Assembly (NCBI GenBank): GCA_026985615.1
Contig: JALSQD010000001.1
Location: 281 to 64,280 of the forward strand
Direction of reading: 5' to 3'
DNA: 64,000 nt
DNA from: Thermaceae bacterium
Lineage (GTDB): Bacteria; Deinococcota; Deinococci; Deinococcales; Marinithermaceae
Below the pieces are notes generated by a model. The model did not search any database. It worked only from the letters and a program-made list of their open reading frames with translations, and had not been told where the DNA came from. Position 1 is the stretch's first letter, and each line of letters opens with the position of its first letter. A program made the position numbers and the translations under genes. This document shows, piece by piece, positions 60,376 to 64,000 of this stretch.

Positions 60376-61350
60376 GTGAAGATCGGCATCGTTGGTACGG
60401 GAACCATGGGGCGGGTGCACGCGGCGGCCTATCGCAGGATGGGCGCCGAGTTCGTGGGGGCGTACGACCGCAACCCCGAGAAGCTGGCGGCGTTCGTAGG
60501 CGCGTACACGGTAGACCCCTTCAAGTCGTTCGAGGAGCTGCTCATGCGGGTGGACGTCGTGGACGTTACCGCGCCCACCTACGCGCACGAAGAGCTGGCG
60601 GTGCGCGCCTTCGAGGCGGGCAAAGACGTCATCCTGGAGAAGCCGCTGGCACTCACCCCCGATTCGGGGCGGCGCATCCTGGAGGCGGCGCGCGAGAGTG
60701 GCCGGCGGCTGTTTGTAGCCATGGTGGTGCGCTTCTTTCCGCAGTACCGCAAGGCCGCGGAGCTCGTTCACGCGGGCGAGTTGGGGCGCGTAGGGGTGGT
60801 GCGGCTCAAGCGCGTGCTCTTCCCGCCCGGGCCGGGCTGGTACCGCGACCCGGAGAAGTCCGGGGGCATGCCGGTGGACCTGATGATCCACGACCTCGAC
60901 TACGCCCGCTGGTTGCTCGGTGACCCGGTGCGCGTCTTCGCCCGTAAGAGCCCACCGGTGGAGGGTGAGGTGCTCGAGCACGTGCAGGCCCTGCTTAGCT
61001 TCCCCGACGGGCGCATGGCCCTGGTGGAGGGTGGCTGGGCCTATCCGGCCGGGTACTTCCGCACCGCGCTGGACATCGCGGGCGACCGGGGGCTGGTGGA
61101 GTGGAGCTCGGACCAGCCGCCGCCGCTGGCGACGCTGTTTCCCGCTGGCGAGCCCGCGCCCGAGGTGGGCCTGCCCATGGCGGGGCTGGAGGAAGACCCC
61201 TACGAGCTCGAGCTCCGGCACGCGCTCGAGGCGCTCGAGCGGGGCAAGCCCTTCGACGTGGCGCCCGAGGATGCGCTGGCGGCGCTCGAACTGGCGCTGG
61301 CGGTGCGCGAGAGCGCGGCCAGCGGCCGTCCGGTGGAGGTGGCCTCATGA
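60376..61350 (+). CDS. Gfo/Idh/MocA family oxidoreductase
   Basis: GAGGAGG RBS precedes GTG 60376. Contains VKIGIVGTGTMGRVHAAAY (Rossmann motif) and VILEKPLAL. Confidence 0.88.
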   Translation: MKIGIVGTGTMGRVHAAAYRRMGAEFVGAYDRNPEKLAAFVGAYTVDPFKSFEELLMRVDVVDVTAPTYAHEELAVRAFEAGKDVILEKPLALTPDSGRRILEAARESGRRLFVAMVVRFFPQYRKAAELVHAGELGRVGVVRLKRVLFPPGPGWYRDPEKSGGMPVDLMIHDLDYARWLLGDPVRVFARKSPPVEGEVLEHVQALLSFPDGRMALVEGGWAYPAGYFRTALDIAGDRGLVEWSSDQPPPLATLFPAGEPAPEVGLPMAGLEEDPYELELRHALEALERGKPFDVAPEDALAALELALAVRESAASGRPVEVAS

Positions 61351-62348
61351 GGATCGGGATCTTGAGCTTCGCCCATCTGCATGCCGAAGGTTACGTACAG
61401 AACCTGCGTCGCATCTCGGGCGTGGAGGTCATCGGTTTTTCCGATACCGACCCCGAGCGGGGCCGCCGAATCAGCCAGTCCTTCGGGTTGCGCTGGTTTT
61501 GGACCCACGAGGGCCTGCTCGCCGAGGCTCCGGACGCGGTGATCGTGACCTCCGAGAACGCCCACCACCGCGAGCACGTGGCCATGGCGGCCGCCGCTGG
61601 AGCAGATGTGCTCTGCGAGAAGCCGGTAGCTGCTACCGTGGCCGACGCGTTGGCCATGCAGGAAGCGGTGGAGCGCTCCGGAGTACGCTTCATGACCGCA
61701 TTTCCCATGCGCTTTTCTCCGGCAGTGCAGGCGCTGCGCGATATGGTTCGTTCTGGCGAGCTGGGGCGGGTGCTTGCCGTGGTCGGGGTTAACCACAGCG
61801 AGAATCCCAAACGCCACCGTGCCTGGTTTGCCCAGAAAGCGCTTGCCGGGGGCGGGGCGACCCTTGACCACACGGTCCACCTGGCCGACCTGTATCGTTG
61901 GATCTTCGAGACCGAGGTGGGCGAGGTCGCGGCAGAGGTGGCCAACCCCTTCGACCCCGAGGTGAACGTGGATACCGCCGGGCTGTTGCTGCTCAGGCTC
62001 GAAAACGGCATCCCCGCGAGCATCGACGCCAGCTGGAGCCGCCCGAACCACTACCCGCGTTGGGGTCACGTCAAGATGGAGGTCGTGGGTGAGCGGGGCA
62101 CCGCGATCCTCGATGCCTTCGCCGGCCATCTGCACGTCTGGCGCAAGGGCGCGGGGCGCGACTATGAGTGGCTTGGTTACCACTCCGACCCGGCCCAGGG
62201 CATGATGGAGGCGTTCGTGCGCAGTGTGCGTGACCAAAGCGAACCGCCGGTAACCTGGCGTGATGGTTTCGAGGCGATGCGGGTTGCACTCGCCGCTTAC
62301 CGCGCGGCGGAGGCTGGTGTTCCGGTTGACCCGAGGTCGCTTGTCTAG
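61347..62348 (+). CDS. Gfo/Idh/MocA family oxidoreductase (non-canonical N-terminal motif)
   Basis: ATGA overlap with the upstream gene. MRIGILSFAHLHAEGY replaces the GxGxxG motif. VLCEKPVA is present. Confidence 0.8.
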   Translation: MRIGILSFAHLHAEGYVQNLRRISGVEVIGFSDTDPERGRRISQSFGLRWFWTHEGLLAEAPDAVIVTSENAHHREHVAMAAAAGADVLCEKPVAATVADALAMQEAVERSGVRFMTAFPMRFSPAVQALRDMVRSGELGRVLAVVGVNHSENPKRHRAWFAQKALAGGGATLDHTVHLADLYRWIFETEVGEVAAEVANPFDPEVNVDTAGLLLLRLENGIPASIDASWSRPNHYPRWGHVKMEVVGERGTAILDAFAGHLHVWRKGAGRDYEWLGYHSDPAQGMMEAFVRSVRDQSEPPVTWRDGFEAMRVALAAYRAAEAGVPVDPRSLV

Positions 62349-62389
62349 GTGGCGCGGCGGGTGGTTTGGCGGTTATGGAGAGGTGGGCG

Positions 62390-63982
62390 ATGGGAGTAAT
62401 GAGAGGGCTGCGTTTGTGGGCGGTTGCAGGGCTGTTGGCGGCCCTTTTCGGTTGTGCAAGTGGAGGCTCGTCGCCTTCTGGCGGTGTAGAGATCGCTGAA
62501 TTTTCGTATTATCGCTCGGTTGTGGTGCCGTCCCGCGAGGTTCCACTGGCGGCTACCCTGGTAAACCCAGCGCCGAAGGACGCTCCTTTTACCTTGCGCC
62601 TAGATCTTCCTTCGAGCGCCAGACTCGTTTCAGGAGCCTACGAGATCCGCGGTTTGCTAGCGGCAGGAGAAAGTCGCAAGTTCCAGTGGCGGGTGGCCTG
62701 CGGCGAAAGCGGCGATTGCCCGCTTGTGCTCGAGGTGGAATCGGGTGGGGAGCTCCGTCAGAAGACGGTATACCTGCCGGTGCGCAGTAGATTTTGGAAG
62801 CAAACCGAGTTTCTTCTAAGCGCCTTTAACCCGCCGTTTGCCTTACGTGAGCCGCCTTATGACCCCGAAATCTTAGTCGATTATCAAGATGCCAACTTCG
62901 ACCACCTGCTCTGGGTGCGCGACGACCCCGAGCTGCTGACCATGGTGCACGACTTTGGTTTCCGCTACTACCTGGACGTGACCGACCTAATCGGTGAGGA
63001 AAAACTGCGCGGGGAGGAGGGGCCACCAGCTGAGGTGACCGAAGAAGACCTGCAGCGATTGGAAGAGGCCGTTCTAGCCCACAAGGACGACCCCCTTCTG
63101 ACCGGTTACTACATCTGCGATGAGCCTTTTCCGGCCGCCTTTGCCAATATCGCTAAGGTAGTTGGGCGCATCCGCTCTCTTGATCCGGCCCGTCCCAACT
63201 TCGTCAACCTCTACCCTTATTTTTCCGAGGAAGAAGGCAGCCCCGACTACCTCGAGGCCTTCCTGCAGACCGTGCGCCCCGAGCTCCTCTCCTTCGACCG
63301 CTACATCTTTTTCAACGGCTGGGACGAGAGGGAAGAGTATTTGGCGCAGCTGGGTCTGATCCGCCACTACGCGCTGGCCTACGACGTGCCCTTCGTGGCC
63401 ATCATTCAGGGGGTTGGTACAAACGGCACCCCTGCGGCCTATCTGGATTGGCGGACGCCTACCGAGGACGAACAGCGCTGGCTGGTGTACACCTCACTCG
63501 CCTACGGAGCCCATGGCATCGTTTGGTTCCACTGGGACCATCCCTGGGGTGTGACCGGCAACCCTGACGGTGAAGAGGTCTATCTGCAAATCCAGCACCT
63601 CAATCAGGAGATCAACCTGCTGGGGCCTTGGCTGCTGCCACTCACCTCAAGTGACGTTTTTGGGACCGCCGCCAGGTTGGTGGACATTCCTGGAAGGCCG
63701 GGAGAAAAGTTGGTTTACAGCGGCAGTGAGATGGTCGTGGGCGTCTACCGTGATCAAGACGGTCAGGAAAACCACTTCATGCTTGTCAACATGAACTACG
63801 AAGAAGGGCTAGATGCCGCCGTGACGGTAACCCGCCGCCTGCGTAGCCTGGAGTACTTTGACCTCGGCACCGGAAGCTGGCGGCCAATAGATTTTACTAA
63901 CGGGAGCGCCGCCGCCGAGTTTTCCGCAGTTCTACCGCCGGGGGGCGGCGTGCTATTCCGCTTCGAGGCTGCAGAAAGGTAG
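62390..63982 (+). CDS. lipoprotein, glycoside-hydrolase-like TIM-barrel candidate, family unassigned
   Basis: GGAGAGGTGGG RBS precedes ATG 62390. Lipobox LAALFGCASGG. Motifs LLTGYYICDEPF, NFVNLYPYF, LLSFDRYIF and LAYGAHGIVWFHW resemble GH42-like/GHL barrels. G+C is visibly lower than in neighbouring genes. Confidence 0.6.
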   Translation: MGVMRGLRLWAVAGLLAALFGCASGGSSPSGGVEIAEFSYYRSVVVPSREVPLAATLVNPAPKDAPFTLRLDLPSSARLVSGAYEIRGLLAAGESRKFQWRVACGESGDCPLVLEVESGGELRQKTVYLPVRSRFWKQTEFLLSAFNPPFALREPPYDPEILVDYQDANFDHLLWVRDDPELLTMVHDFGFRYYLDVTDLIGEEKLRGEEGPPAEVTEEDLQRLEEAVLAHKDDPLLTGYYICDEPFPAAFANIAKVVGRIRSLDPARPNFVNLYPYFSEEEGSPDYLEAFLQTVRPELLSFDRYIFFNGWDEREEYLAQLGLIRHYALAYDVPFVAIIQGVGTNGTPAAYLDWRTPTEDEQRWLVYTSLAYGAHGIVWFHWDHPWGVTGNPDGEEVYLQIQHLNQEINLLGPWLLPLTSSDVFGTAARLVDIPGRPGEKLVYSGSEMVVGVYRDQDGQENHFMLVNMNYEEGLDAAVTVTRRLRSLEYFDLGTGSWRPIDFTNGSAAAEFSAVLPPGGGVLFRFEAAER

Positions 63983-64000
63983 CGGTCCCATGAGGCCCAG

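Overview
This is a high-GC, gene-dense chromosomal segment. Typical 60-nt lines I hand-counted are about 70% G+C, for example 44/60 at 38401-38460. Gene content points to the core genome of a Deinococcus-Thermus (Thermaceae-like) bacterium; this assignment is inference only. The evidence is sdhCDAB, argF-argC-argJ, pheST, a bacillithiol-type PIG-L deacetylase, lipoprotein subtilases, prepilin-like genes, and many -10 boxes only 6-9 nt from start codons.

I support about 62 protein-coding genes, 2 tRNAs (Leu-UAA, Ile-GAU), one apparently frameshifted ACT-domain gene, one decayed outer-membrane-protein paralogue, and several intrinsic terminators and promoters. I see no rRNA, CRISPR array, transposase, integrase, restriction-modification, toxin-antitoxin or recognisable defence module. 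I therefore cannot point to a clear-cut new multi-gene system.

The loci most worth a second look are:
1. A four-gene, translationally coupled minor-pilin operon headed by a ~785-aa PilX-like protein with a Gly tract (41503-45477).
2. A sugar-uptake operon with two Gfo/Idh/MocA oxidoreductases and a low-GC, unassigned TIM-barrel-like lipoprotein (57211-63982).
3. A ~790-bp ORF-poor, hairpin-rich region with a degenerate heptanucleotide repeat array next to tRNA-Leu (250-1043).
4. A Phe-codon leader peptide ([10 protein letters not shown]) upstream of pheST.
5. A low-GC island holding a decayed OMP paralogue (26641-27169).
6. Widespread leaderless-type promoters.

Many long ORFs in the supplied track are antisense or alternate-frame artefacts of the high GC content and were rejected.
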